DNA of 64,000 bases from a virus, in IMG/VR virus record IMGVR_UViG_3300043185_000099, positions 87,956-151,955 of that record. One strand, given 5' to 3'. Below, piece by piece: positions 54,244-63,008 of this stretch. Numbering within the stretch: the stretch's first letter is position 1; each line of letters starts with the position of its first letter. A program made the position numbers and the translations under genes. The notes below the pieces were generated by a model, which was not told the origin of the DNA, did not search any database, and saw only the letters and a list, made by a program, of their open reading frames with translations.

Positions 54244-56328
54244 CTATTCCTCGTCGTACTCTTGGAGCGCCTGGACGAGAAGTCCTCGTGCCACGGCCTC
54301 CAGCGGGTCGCGGGCCGCACGGATTTCGCTGACCTCGATCGGGTAGCGCTTCCGCTTCTCCTCGAACACCTTCTTGAAGAACTCCAGGAAGCCCGCGGCC
54401 TTGCTTGTCCCGCCCGAGACGACGATTGGGATGGCCTGCGGGAGCGCGAACCTGCTGCGGATCTTCTCAAACTCGATCGCGATCGTGTCGAGCGTGTACT
54501 CGATGAGGTTCTTGTAGTAGACGACAAGCGCCTCCTGTTCGCGGTCCGACGGACGCAGGAGGTCGAGTCCCTTCTCCTTGATTGCGCACATGCGGGCCTG
54601 CGTAGAGCCGACGCTCCTCGCGGCCCCGGCATCGATCCAATCTCCGCAGTTGTGAACGATCATCCCGGGCGACGAGAACGAGTGGTGCGACGATGCCACG
54701 CGGATGTCGTAGACTTTGCTCCCGTACTCGACGACGTTGACCGAGCGAACGCGGTACGTGACAAAGTCGGGAAAGTCGTCGAACACCTGAGTCCCCTCGC
54801 ACGCGATCATCGTGTCGAGGAGGTTTTTCGCCACATGGCCGCAGATCTTGATCTCATAGCACGGTTTTCTGCCCTCGATCCTGACACCGCGCGAGTTGAG
54901 TCCTCCAACGCGTGGCTCCCTCTTGACGATAGAGTGTCCGACTCCAAAACGGTTCAAAAGATGATGCGCCAGCATCACAACGGGGAGCGACGTGTTCGTG
55001 ATCGTGTGGCGCTTGGCCTCCTCGTGAGAGTCGCTGTCGAGGAGACCCTGAACGATCCCGAGGGCCATCTGATTGCCGATTTTGGATGGGTCGAGGGGGC
55101 ACGTCTTCACGCCGTGCTCGTCGTAGAACCGCTCCTTGAAGTGCCGTGCCACCGGGGTGATGTGGAGCTTGATGCGAGTGAGATTCTCGGCCGGATCATC
55201 GACGATCTCCACTTCGCGATGGAACAGGCGAAAGCAGATGTCCGCATACGCCTCGACCAGATGTTGGTCTCTGCAATTAACTGCGATCTGGACATGTGAA
55301 GGGTCCTCTGCGTGAGGACCGCACGATCCGTCCCCGAGGAACATGCCGAACAAACGTCCGAGGGACCTGGCTCCCGCCACGCAGATCTGGTTCCCGAATG
55401 AGTAGCCGCTGCCGCTGTCCCGGGCCGACAAGATTGTGGGAACCCCCACGTCGTCGCCCTCGCGGAGGGAACCGGCCTCGACCCACTCCCAGCCGAACCT
55501 GCGACGCACGAAGACGCGGTGATCGTGGGTCAGCCGATGTGGAAACCCGGGCAAATTCTCCAGGACAACCTCAACGAGAGAGTCCCTGTGGCCATTCTCC
55601 AGTTTCTCGGTGACGGCCACGAAGTTTCCGTGCGCATCGAGTACCTCATCCCCTTCGCGGAGATTCTCCATGGTAGCGAGACCATGTTTCGTCACGACGG
55701 GGAAGTCTCCGGCGAGGCAGCGACCGACGCTCGCGGTAAACCCCTCGACCGTGTTGATCGCCAGCGCGATGTTCGTCATCCCAGCGCCGTAGCTCAACGC
55801 CAGCCCGCTGAACCCTTCTTTGGCGCACTCGGAGTAGACGATGGCCATGGCCTCATTGCCGGGGACTGCACGGTAGCCGCACTCCTCGATGATCCTCTGG
55901 AGAACTCCTCTGTGGTAGACGACGTCGCGCGAGGGATCGTCCACCGGCGCAGCAGGCACGCTGAAGCAGCAGACCTCGCGCTCCTCGACAGGATCACCCA
56001 GGACGTGGCGAATGATGACGCCGAGGATCTCGAGAGCATCGATCTCTCCCGCCGACACGAGGCCCGACTGGAGCGGACGCCGGACCTCCGTCCCGAACAT
56101 GTTGGCCATGTTGTAGGCCGCGTCCCCCACAATTACAAGCCGGTCCCCCCTCTCCACGTAGTTGACGTTGGAGAGGCGGAGCATCTTCCGGTGCTCGCGA
56201 GGGAAGTCAATGAAGGCGTCGCGCATCCTGGTGGTGACGACACCCTCGCTAGTGCGACGTGCCGACACGACATTCATGGTGCCCAGGTCGAGGCCGACGC
56301 CGGGAATCAATCCTTCATATTCTGCCAT
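54244..56328 (-). CDS. Actin/MreB-like ATPase precursor containing an intein (694 aa; about 337 aa spliced)
   Basis: GLDLGTMN (phosphate 1), FSVPA, NEAMA, SYGAGMTN (phosphate 2), VVSGGTS (adenosine), AVARG. Confidence 0.85.
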   Translation of the reverse strand: MAEYEGLIPGVGLDLGTMNVVSARRTSEGVVTTRMRDAFIDFPREHRKMLRLSNVNYVERGDRLVIVGDAAYNMANMFGTEVRRPLQSGLVSAGEIDALEILGVIIRHVLGDPVEEREVCCFSVPAAPVDDPSRDVVYHRGVLQRIIEECGYRAVPGNEAMAIVYSECAKEGFSGLALSYGAGMTNIALAINTVEGFTASVGRCLAGDFPVVTKHGLATMENLREGDEVLDAHGNFVAVTEKLENGHRDSLVEVVLENLPGFPHRLTHDHRVFVRRRFGWEWVEAGSLREGDDVGVPTILSARDSGSGYSFGNQICVAGARSLGRLFGMFLGDGSCGPHAEDPSHVQIAVNCRDQHLVEAYADICFRLFHREVEIVDDPAENLTRIKLHITPVARHFKERFYDEHGVKTCPLDPSKIGNQMALGIVQGLLDSDSHEEAKRHTITNTSLPVVMLAHHLLNRFGVGHSIVKREPRVGGLNSRGVRIEGRKPCYEIKICGHVAKNLLDTMIACEGTQVFDDFPDFVTYRVRSVNVVEYGSKVYDIRVASSHHSFSSPGMIVHNCGDWIDAGAARSVGSTQARMCAIKEKGLDLLRPSDREQEALVVYYKNLIEYTLDTIAIEFEKIRSRFALPQAIPIVVSGGTSKAAGFLEFFKKVFEEKRKRYPIEVSEIRAARDPLEAVARGLLVQALQEYDEE
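54649..55719 (-). mobile_element. Intein (357 aa) with LAGLIDADG homing endonuclease
   Basis: Begins CLAGDFPV; block B LTHDHRVF; LFGMFLGDG and VQGLLDSDS; ends VYDIRV...IVHN followed by Cys+1. Confidence 0.92.
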
Positions 56329-56382
56329 GTCGATTCCTTGTGCATGTTCGACCGCCGCGACGAGCACGGGGACACCCCCATC

Positions 56383-57057
56383 CTACCCGCGTCGTTTCCT
56401 GTGAGCCCGGAGGGCCTCGGCCGCCTCGTCTACCTCCGCGTTCTCGGTCTCCTGCTTCTGGACCGTGATCTTGGCGCGGGTCTCGGGATCCACAAGACGC
56501 GTCGGCATGTAGAGGGGGTCTTCGGGAGCCGCAGCTCTGGACACGGCTGGGGCAGATACTGAGGGCGCTGAAGGCACTGAACCCGAGGGAAGCACGCGAC
56601 GGAGCACAGATTCCAACACGGTCTCCAGCTGGCCTGCGTCGAGTGGCGCGCCTTGCGACGCCTGCGACGCCTGGACCTCCGCCACGGCCCGACCCACCTC
56701 CTCGGATATGGCAGGCCGCAGGTCACCGATCAGCTCGGTCTTGATTTTCATCGCGAGAGCATCGATATCAAGCGACGGCTCTACGACACGCTCCTCGACC
56801 GCGGGTTCGGCCTTGGATTGTGGTCGTGGTAGCGGGCGCTGGAGAGCCACGAACGGCGGCTGTGGCAGCTTTGGTGCCTTGTCCCTCCTCGCTTTCCTGT
56901 AGACGCGCACGTTTCCCTTCGCCAGCTCCTTGCGGAGGTCAGAAGACCCCGCAGCTACCTGCCAGCACAACCACCGCTCCTCCCCACGGAGAAGCCGTAG
57001 TCCGAGATCTGGAATCTCGCAGGGATGCGAGCACAGAATCTGCGCCTCCAACCTCAT
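56383..57057 (-). CDS. Hypothetical phage protein (224 aa)
   Basis: ATGA-coupled ORF within the operon. Confidence 0.7.
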   Translation of the reverse strand: MRLEAQILCSHPCEIPDLGLRLLRGEERWLCWQVAAGSSDLRKELAKGNVRVYRKARRDKAPKLPQPPFVALQRPLPRPQSKAEPAVEERVVEPSLDIDALAMKIKTELIGDLRPAISEEVGRAVAEVQASQASQGAPLDAGQLETVLESVLRRVLPSGSVPSAPSVSAPAVSRAAAPEDPLYMPTRLVDPETRAKITVQKQETENAEVDEAAEALRAHRKRRG

Positions 57058-57596
57058 GTGATCGGAAGCTTCTTGAGCAGGTCGACAACCTGTCCCGTAA
57101 GCATGTCTTCGATCTTGCGTCTGGCACGCTCATAACCACGACGGATGAAGTTGTGTTTGCGGAAGCCAGGGTGAATCCACGCCGTGGCCTTGGACGCCGG
57201 CGTGCTCTTGATCAGCACCGTACCCGCCGGGCCCTTCATGGGAACCCTAGAGACACCCTCCTGCTTGGTGAGCCATCCCATCGGGTATGGACGTCGGCCC
57301 TCAGTGATCTGCTCGATCCACGGCCAATCCGAGTAGATCTCGACCGCGGTGCCGACAACCTCGAATCGGAAGGACGTGAAGAACTTCTCGTCATCCGGGA
57401 TGCCCTCTGGAAATCCTCGTGGGGTCGGGCGTCCGCCCTGGTTCGCGAGATCCTTCCGCGCCTCAAAGACGATGCTGTCGACGAGAACTTTGCCGACCTT
57501 TTTCAAAAAGGCCGGCGTGATAACGTCAGCCTGCGTGACATTGGCCCACGTCTTTCCATACGTCTTCTTGATCCGGAGCGTGAAGTCAGCAGGCAT
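57054..57596 (-). CDS. Putative neck/tail-connector protein (180 aa; virion morphogenesis type)
   Basis: Basic protein with WIHPG...NFIRRG motif; position after the head-closure-like gene; start uncertain. Confidence 0.5.
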   Translation of the reverse strand: MPADFTLRIKKTYGKTWANVTQADVITPAFLKKVGKVLVDSIVFEARKDLANQGGRPTPRGFPEGIPDDEKFFTSFRFEVVGTAVEIYSDWPWIEQITEGRRPYPMGWLTKQEGVSRVPMKGPAGTVLIKSTPASKATAWIHPGFRKHNFIRRGYERARRKIEDMLTGQVVDLLKKLPIT

Positions 57597-57597
57597 C

Positions 57598-57726
57598 TCA
57601 GGTGTCCCATTCTTCGGCAGAACACCTGGTCTCTGAGTAGTCCACCGCACTGTGGCCGAGGGCGAAGAATGCCAAGGAGGTCTCGACCTGCTCGATCTTC
57701 ACTTCAGGGCTTTGCCGCCTATTCAT
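57598..57726 (-). CDS. Possible small ORF (42 aa; MNRRQSPEVK...)
   Basis: GAGGGAG directly upstream of the ATG; fills the gap between two genes. Confidence 0.3.
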   Translation of the reverse strand: MNRRQSPEVKIEQVETSLAFFALGHSAVDYSETRCSAEEWDT

Positions 57727-57731
57727 CTCCC

Positions 57732-59315
57732 TCACACGGATCCAAGAACAGAGGAGAAGGCCTCCCCCAACCATACCGCGAAGGGCAACAGAGCGTAGGT
57801 CAGATTGGACCACACCGGGGTACGGCCGCGCTGCTCTCGCTCGTCCGGGATGTTTTCCTTCTCGGTCTGCATCGGAGTCTGCTGGTAATCCGCTCCGGTC
57901 GGATATGGCCCGAGTGGTGGGTACTCGGTCTGCCACGCACCGCCCTGCATGACGGCCGGGCGTCCCCTGCACTCGGGCCAGCAGAGTTCCGTCGTGTCAA
58001 ACAACGGGATCTGGTAGCGGATGTCATTTTCCTCCAAGTAGGCGATCTGGAAATGCTGCTGCATGATGTTCCCGCGCGCGGACGGCTTGCGCACGGGACC
58101 GATGCTGTAGCGCTCGTTCGTCTGCTTGACGATAAAGTCACGCTGGGTGAGCAACGGAGACGGGCCCGTCCACACATCTTGAACGTGCTCAAGCCGTCTC
58201 CCTGTTGGAGTCTGCCGCACGGCTCGGTCGTTATCGTCAGGAGAGAGGATCGCGTCATACGGCCCCTCATACCCACCGATAAATCCGGTTCCGAAGCACA
58301 CGTGGCATCTGGAATCCGGCTGCTGGTTGAACTCAATCGTACGAGGATCCCTCCCGCAGAAGCATTGCGCCCCGGACTGCTTGCGGATGAACACCTTGAC
58401 CCGTTCGCCGCCCTGCTCGAGGATCCAGTTGTTGCGGCGAATCGCCTCGCGCCAGATGTAGTCGATGCGCTCCACGGCGCGATATGTCACGGGCTCGGCG
58501 AAGTCGAGAGGAGTCTCGCGGAATCCGGTAGGTGACGTGGGGTCCTGTGCCACAGTCGTGACTCGGTACCACGTCTTGTGGTCGAGCATCGTCCGCACGG
58601 CATTGCGGTTGTAGTAGTAGGTCAGGGAGACCGCTGTCTGCGGACCCTGCGGCAGGACGGGCTCGATCCACCTATCAGTGGCGAAGTCGTACCCGCGGGT
58701 GTTGATCAGGGTGACCTCCCCCGTCGGGCCGAACACCGCGTGCACGGGGACGATCTTGTTGTCGATGATCAGCTGGACGTCCATGGGGACGTCGGCCGCG
58801 ATGGCCTGCCCGGACCGCTTCACGATGGGATAGTTCTTCGTGCGGAAGACCCAGGGTCTCTCGTTCGACGACTCCCCCCGCTGCAGCCACGCCGTGTCCC
58901 AGTCGACAACTTCATTCTGGACCAGGACATTGTCCGTGTAGTCACGGTAGAATGCCCCGCCGACGGGGACAGCATTGAGCCGGTGGTACGGACCGCGCTC
59001 GGACGTGTCGGAACGGTAGAGGTTGACGCCGGCGACCGCGAACTTGCTGTTCTTCGCCAGGATGGCAGGACTGTCCCACCGGATATCGAGCGTCCCGGCG
59101 AACAACGGACTCACCACCTCGACGTTGGTGGGGGCAACTGGGCACTCATTCGGCCCGACCTCCCAACCGATGCAGCTCGGGCCAAACGGGCCTGGGCTTG
59201 GACATGGATCAGGACAAAGCGGCGGACAAGAAGGAGGCGGAGTCTCGCACGAGGGCGGCTCGAGCGGATTCGGCTTCTTGATCCATGGCTCTTGGCCCTG
59301 ATTGACGCACGTCAT
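57732..59315 (-). CDS. Putative head-closure/neck protein with Zn-binding insert (527 aa)
   Basis: EQGGERVKVFIRK..GAQCFC...CHVCFGTGFIGGY; FN3-like N-terminal region; Cys/Pro-rich leader. Confidence 0.55.
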   Translation of the reverse strand: MTCVNQGQEPWIKKPNPLEPPSCETPPPSCPPLCPDPCPSPGPFGPSCIGWEVGPNECPVAPTNVEVVSPLFAGTLDIRWDSPAILAKNSKFAVAGVNLYRSDTSERGPYHRLNAVPVGGAFYRDYTDNVLVQNEVVDWDTAWLQRGESSNERPWVFRTKNYPIVKRSGQAIAADVPMDVQLIIDNKIVPVHAVFGPTGEVTLINTRGYDFATDRWIEPVLPQGPQTAVSLTYYYNRNAVRTMLDHKTWYRVTTVAQDPTSPTGFRETPLDFAEPVTYRAVERIDYIWREAIRRNNWILEQGGERVKVFIRKQSGAQCFCGRDPRTIEFNQQPDSRCHVCFGTGFIGGYEGPYDAILSPDDNDRAVRQTPTGRRLEHVQDVWTGPSPLLTQRDFIVKQTNERYSIGPVRKPSARGNIMQQHFQIAYLEENDIRYQIPLFDTTELCWPECRGRPAVMQGGAWQTEYPPLGPYPTGADYQQTPMQTEKENIPDEREQRGRTPVWSNLTYALLPFAVWLGEAFSSVLGSV

Positions 59316-59320
59316 GGCTG

Positions 59321-59689
59321 CTAGCTGGGAGGGGGACCTCCCGCCTCATTCTGGCGTGCTGCGGGCGGTGTGACCAGTCGGATCGTCCCATCGGCCAGAG
59401 CGACCCACTGTTGGCCGTCCTGGACGCCCAGACGACGACTGATGCTGTTGATGATCTCCTGCATCCGGCGTTCGATCTCGTCAAGCTGTCCGAGAACACG
59501 GACTTTGCGCACTTCGTGCTCGCCGATCTGCTGGAGAAGCCTTGTCGATTCCTGGCGCAGCGTCTGGATCGCCGTCTGCTCCTCGGGAGAAAGGCGTCCG
59601 AGGTTGCCCGGAATCTCGGGGGTCTCTGGGGTTGCCGTGGTCTGCTCTTCGGTCTCCATGGTTTCCTGCATTGTGTCGACTCTACCCAC
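59321..59689 (-). CDS. Hypothetical coiled-coil protein (about 120 aa)
   Basis: Coupled ORF within the operon. Confidence 0.65.
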   Translation of the reverse strand: MGRVDTMQETMETEEQTTATPETPEIPGNLGRLSPEEQTAIQTLRQESTRLLQQIGEHEVRKVRVLGQLDEIERRMQEIINSISRRLGVQDGQQWVALADGTIRLVTPPAARQNEAGGPPPS

Positions 59690-59915
59690 CGCCGGGTTCC
59701 TCGTCGGTCTCTTCGTCGATCAGGTAGCGGCGGAGGGCTCTCAGCTCGGCCAGGTAGTTATCGAAGTGGGTCCCCACTCGGTCCCCCATCTTCATCGTGT
59801 GCGAGTGGGTCACAACCGTGGGCAGCTTCTCAAACGACCAGAACGTGACTCCATCCTGATTCGTGTACTCGTACACGCGAACCCCCCGACCAACGGCAGC
59901 GTTTCGCTCCGTCAT
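59682..59915 (-). CDS. Hypothetical protein (77 aa)
   Basis: ATGA-coupled ORF. Confidence 0.65.
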   Translation of the reverse strand: MTERNAAVGRGVRVYEYTNQDGVTFWSFEKLPTVVTHSHTMKMGDRVGTHFDNYLAELRALRRYLIDEETDEEPGGG

Positions 59916-60430
59916 GGCTGCGGCCCCTCTGGCTGCGGCCCCTCTGGTGTCTTGGTCTCTGTCCCCTTGTCCTGACGTTCCTCAAGGATCGAGATAATCT
60001 CGTCAAGGTCAGTTTCGCTCTTTCGTGCCTGAACAATCTGCTGCTCGATGAGTTCGGTCGTGGCTTCGGAGACGGCCCGAGCGTCCGTGCCTTGCGCCTT
60101 CACGAGTGCTTTCTCGTCCTTGATCTCGATTGCCTGCTTCACCGTCTTCTTGGGCGCACAGCGGCCGTCGAACCACAGTTGACCTTCGGGGCATATCGCT
60201 TCCGGGGAGTTTTCCACGACGTACGCCCCATCTTCTGGGGCACCGTCGTCGTCGCCGGGGACATTTCCATGAGACATGACCCACGCCTCAGCCTTGATCT
60301 TCTCATCGGCCTTGTGCTCCCGCATGTCGTCAGCTTTCGACATCGGTTGCGTCCGCGCTCCGCAGGCGCAGACAACAGCGAGCAGGGCGGCGCTACGGCC
60401 GCGTCGATGCCAGGAGCTTCTTGACCTCAT
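59912..60430 (-). CDS. Lipoprotein (172 aa), possibly o-spanin-like
   Basis: Basic N-terminus plus AALLAVVCAC lipobox-like signal; overlaps the 3' end of the upstream membrane protein gene. Confidence 0.5.
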   Translation of the reverse strand: MRSRSSWHRRGRSAALLAVVCACGARTQPMSKADDMREHKADEKIKAEAWVMSHGNVPGDDDGAPEDGAYVVENSPEAICPEGQLWFDGRCAPKKTVKQAIEIKDEKALVKAQGTDARAVSEATTELIEQQIVQARKSETDLDEIISILEERQDKGTETKTPEGPQPEGPQP

Positions 60431-60695
60431 CGATCTTCTCGTCCAGGTTGTCCAGCTTGCCTTCGAGGCGAACCATAGCGAGGGCGTTCGCCTGTACGGC
60501 GTCCGTCACGTAGGCCAGCTTGTCCAAGTCCTCCTGCAGCTCGCTGATGCGCTCGTCCTGGATGGCGTTCTTGACCTCCAGCTTGACACCCCAGATGATG
60601 AGAGGCACCACAAGCACCGACAGCACCTTGAGCGTGATGTCGAGGAACTTTCCGCCGCCACTGCCGCCCGACTGGCTCGAGCCTGATCCCGCCAT
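60393..60695 (-). CDS. Single-TM coiled-coil protein (100 aa), holin- or i-spanin-like
   Basis: VLSVLVVPLIIWGV TM segment followed by heptad repeats; GGAGGG RBS. Confidence 0.55.
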   Translation of the reverse strand: MAGSGSSQSGGSGGGKFLDITLKVLSVLVVPLIIWGVKLEVKNAIQDERISELQEDLDKLAYVTDAVQANALAMVRLEGKLDNLDEKIDEVKKLLASTRP

Positions 60696-60696
60696 G

Positions 60697-61053
60697 TCAG
60701 CGCGTCCCTCCACTCATCGAGCGAGCCAAAAAGCGCCGGGTTACTCTCGCAACCTTGTCGAGTTGCACGAGTCCGTTCTTGACCTTGATCCATCCGTCCT
60801 TCTCCAACGCGTCCATGGCCTCTCTGAAAGACCCGTCCCCATGAAACGGATAGCGGCGGGTGATGTTCTCCCGGAGCGTGTCGAGGTCGACCTGGTCCTC
60901 TGCCGGCAGGGACTCCAGGTAACGCAAGAGGATGCTCTCTCGCTGTTGGAGCGAGCTGCCGGCGAAATCATTCCTGAGATCCGTATCGTCCGTTATGCGC
61001 GGCACGAGGTCCCCTTGGAGAAACGGTGTCGTCTGGTTTTCGCGCCTAGGCAT
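60697..61053 (-). CDS. Winged-helix-like hypothetical protein (118 aa)
   Basis: ILLRYLESL...FREAMDALEKDGWIKV. Confidence 0.6.
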   Translation of the reverse strand: MPRRENQTTPFLQGDLVPRITDDTDLRNDFAGSSLQQRESILLRYLESLPAEDQVDLDTLRENITRRYPFHGDGSFREAMDALEKDGWIKVKNGLVQLDKVARVTRRFLARSMSGGTR

Positions 61054-61165
61054 CGCGATCCACGGATCCTTTCCTATCGGGGTTTCATAGGGGCATCAAC
61101 GCGGTTAAAGCCGGGATTTGTGCCTGGGAATCCTCCCCCATGTCAAAATGGGGTAGAAAGGGCGA

Positions 61166-61471
61166 ATGGACAAGGAAACGAAATCAACGAAAATGCTAAC
61201 CATCGCCCTAATTTTCGTGCTGGGGGCGGTTGGGGTCTTGGGGTACTGGTTCGTCTGGAAACCACAGCGTGAACTGCGGGAACTGGCCCAAGACACCTGT
61301 GCCGAGTTGGAAGGTTCGATCATGTTGCAGGTGGGGTCTATTCTCAGCAAGGCACAGAGCCGGGCACTTCGCCTTGGGTTTTCTGCTCCAGAGTTGGGCG
61401 ACTCGATGCGAGAGGAGTGCCCAGCTCTCATGATGGGATTGGCCGAGTGGTCAAAGAAAAACGCTGACTGA
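61166..61471 (+). CDS. Membrane-anchored hypothetical protein (101 aa), opposite to the operon direction
   Basis: LTIALIFVLGAVGVLGYWFVW TM segment; GAAAGGG RBS; fills the gap between minus-strand genes. Confidence 0.7.
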   Translation: MDKETKSTKMLTIALIFVLGAVGVLGYWFVWKPQRELRELAQDTCAELEGSIMLQVGSILSKAQSRALRLGFSAPELGDSMREECPALMMGLAEWSKKNAD

Positions 61472-61487
61472 GCAAGGTCCTTCAAAA

Positions 61488-61787
61488 TCAGGACTTCGTC
61501 TCCCCCGACCCTGCCTTATAGGCTTCGTCGTGTCGCCGACATGCTTCGTCGAGTTCATCGATCACCGTATCCCCCGTTCCATGGCCGGGACCACAATGGT
61601 TCCCATACCACTCGAAGTCCAATCCCTCTGGGATCGGATCCTCGTAGGAACACACAACAACCCGAACGGTGAACACAACCACGATCCCGAGAGCCGCCCA
61701 CAGAGGTGCTTTCCGGCGCCACAGAAGGGCCCAAGCATCACGAACCAACACCTTGTCCGCCTCACGCTTCGTTTCAACTTCCTTCAT
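61488..61787 (-). CDS. Membrane-anchored phospholipase A2-like protein (parvoviral/secreted PLA2 motif), 99 aa
   Basis: WYGNHCGPG (Ca-binding loop)...IDELDEACRRHDEAY (HD catalytic dyad); N-terminal TM segment. Confidence 0.8.
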   Translation of the reverse strand: MKEVETKREADKVLVRDAWALLWRRKAPLWAALGIVVVFTVRVVVCSYEDPIPEGLDFEWYGNHCGPGHGTGDTVIDELDEACRRHDEAYKAGSGETKS

Positions 61788-62362
61788 CAAGAATCCTTCT
61801 TGGGAGCGGCCCACTTCCACCAGAGCCGCTGCAAGGGGCCAGCACGCAACAACTTCAGATAGAGCACCCGAGCCGCTCGTGCATCATCGAGCGCCGAGTG
61901 GTTAGGCTTGAAGGGCAAGCGCAGGAAAAAACTCGCATCCTCAAGCGTCAAATTCGTCAAACCCAACGGAACAAGTTGCTCCCACATGAGGGTCACCGTG
62001 TCGATGAACCTCGTGTCCACCTTCTCCGCGGTGCCTAGCGTCTCTTTGAGCAAGTGGTGGACAAACCGCATTGTGAACTGCGTGTCGTGCCCGACAAGGA
62101 TCGCCCCTGCCAAGAGAACCTGGATCTGCTTGGCGATGGTGGTTGAGAAAGGGCTGGGGGCCCAATCCCCTGCACTGTAGTTCGCCTTCACCAAGCTCTC
62201 AGGCTCAGCCGTGTGGATCTTCGTAGGAGCCACCGCCGTGTGCAATAGCGTCTGTCCAGCGGCATTGAGCACTGCGATCTCAAGCAGCTCATGCTCGTGT
62301 TGGTCCGGCCCGGTGGTGAGAGCCGAGATGAACACGAGAGGGCGCTCTGCGAGAGAACTCAT
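61787..62362 (-). CDS. DEDDh 3'-5' exonuclease-fold protein, catalytically degenerate (191 aa)
   Basis: VFISALTTG (normally DxETTG), LVGHDTQFT, FIDTV, HSALDDA. Confidence 0.75.
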   Translation of the reverse strand: MSSLAERPLVFISALTTGPDQHEHELLEIAVLNAAGQTLLHTAVAPTKIHTAEPESLVKANYSAGDWAPSPFSTTIAKQIQVLLAGAILVGHDTQFTMRFVHHLLKETLGTAEKVDTRFIDTVTLMWEQLVPLGLTNLTLEDASFFLRLPFKPNHSALDDARAARVLYLKLLRAGPLQRLWWKWAAPKKDS

Positions 62363-62964
62363 GTGTCTTCCTCTACAAGCGGCACCAAAGCCAGCCGAAT
62401 GCGGCGGATCTGCGCCGTATCTACGGGTCCGTTTCGACGGAACTGCAGCTCGACCACCGGAGAGACCCCACGAGTGGTGGCGGAGATCACCAAGGCTCCG
62501 CTGCGTGCGTCAAAGAACTCAAAGGACTCCACTCCCCCGGAGGCAACTTCCGAGCCGTCCAGCAGCAGCGAAAACTGAGAGCTGGCATCGGTCACTCCGG
62601 TCAAGGTACGAAGTTCGCAGTAGAAACTCAGACTGTAGTTGAGCGTACTGATGGGATCTGCTTTGAGCGTGGCAGCCACCACGTAGCTGGTCGTTGCGTT
62701 GTCCTGCACTGCAACGACGTTAACCCTCTGAGGCCCATCGTTGAACGGAATACCTTGGTGCGCCGCCACGATCAGACCAAGCGTCTTCACCTCGTCGTCC
62801 GACAAGTCAGTGTCGAATTCAATCGCCACGACATCACCGTTGATCGTAATGCCATTGAGACGCGGGGTGATAGAAGACCTTTCGATCTCCACGGTCAAGA
62901 CAGAGGCGTCAACCGCCTTGTTGAGGAAATCCGTTTGGATCGAGTGCTTGAATTCAGTCGCCAT
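62359..62964 (-). CDS. Hypothetical virion-associated protein (201 aa)
   Basis: AAGGAG RBS; shares an AHQGIP domain with the upstream gene; beta-rich C-terminus. Confidence 0.65.
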   Translation of the reverse strand: MATEFKHSIQTDFLNKAVDASVLTVEIERSSITPRLNGITINGDVVAIEFDTDLSDDEVKTLGLIVAAHQGIPFNDGPQRVNVVAVQDNATTSYVVAATLKADPISTLNYSLSFYCELRTLTGVTDASSQFSLLLDGSEVASGGVESFEFFDARSGALVISATTRGVSPVVELQFRRNGPVDTAQIRRIRLALVPLVEEDT

Positions 62965-63008
62965 GGAAACTCCTTACGAGTCACCGTCAAAGATTGAGAA
63001 ACCAACCA

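Noticed and set aside
59915-59947. 15-bp tandem repeat encoding PEGPQ
   Set aside because: Two copies in a low-complexity protein tail; no further significance is evident.
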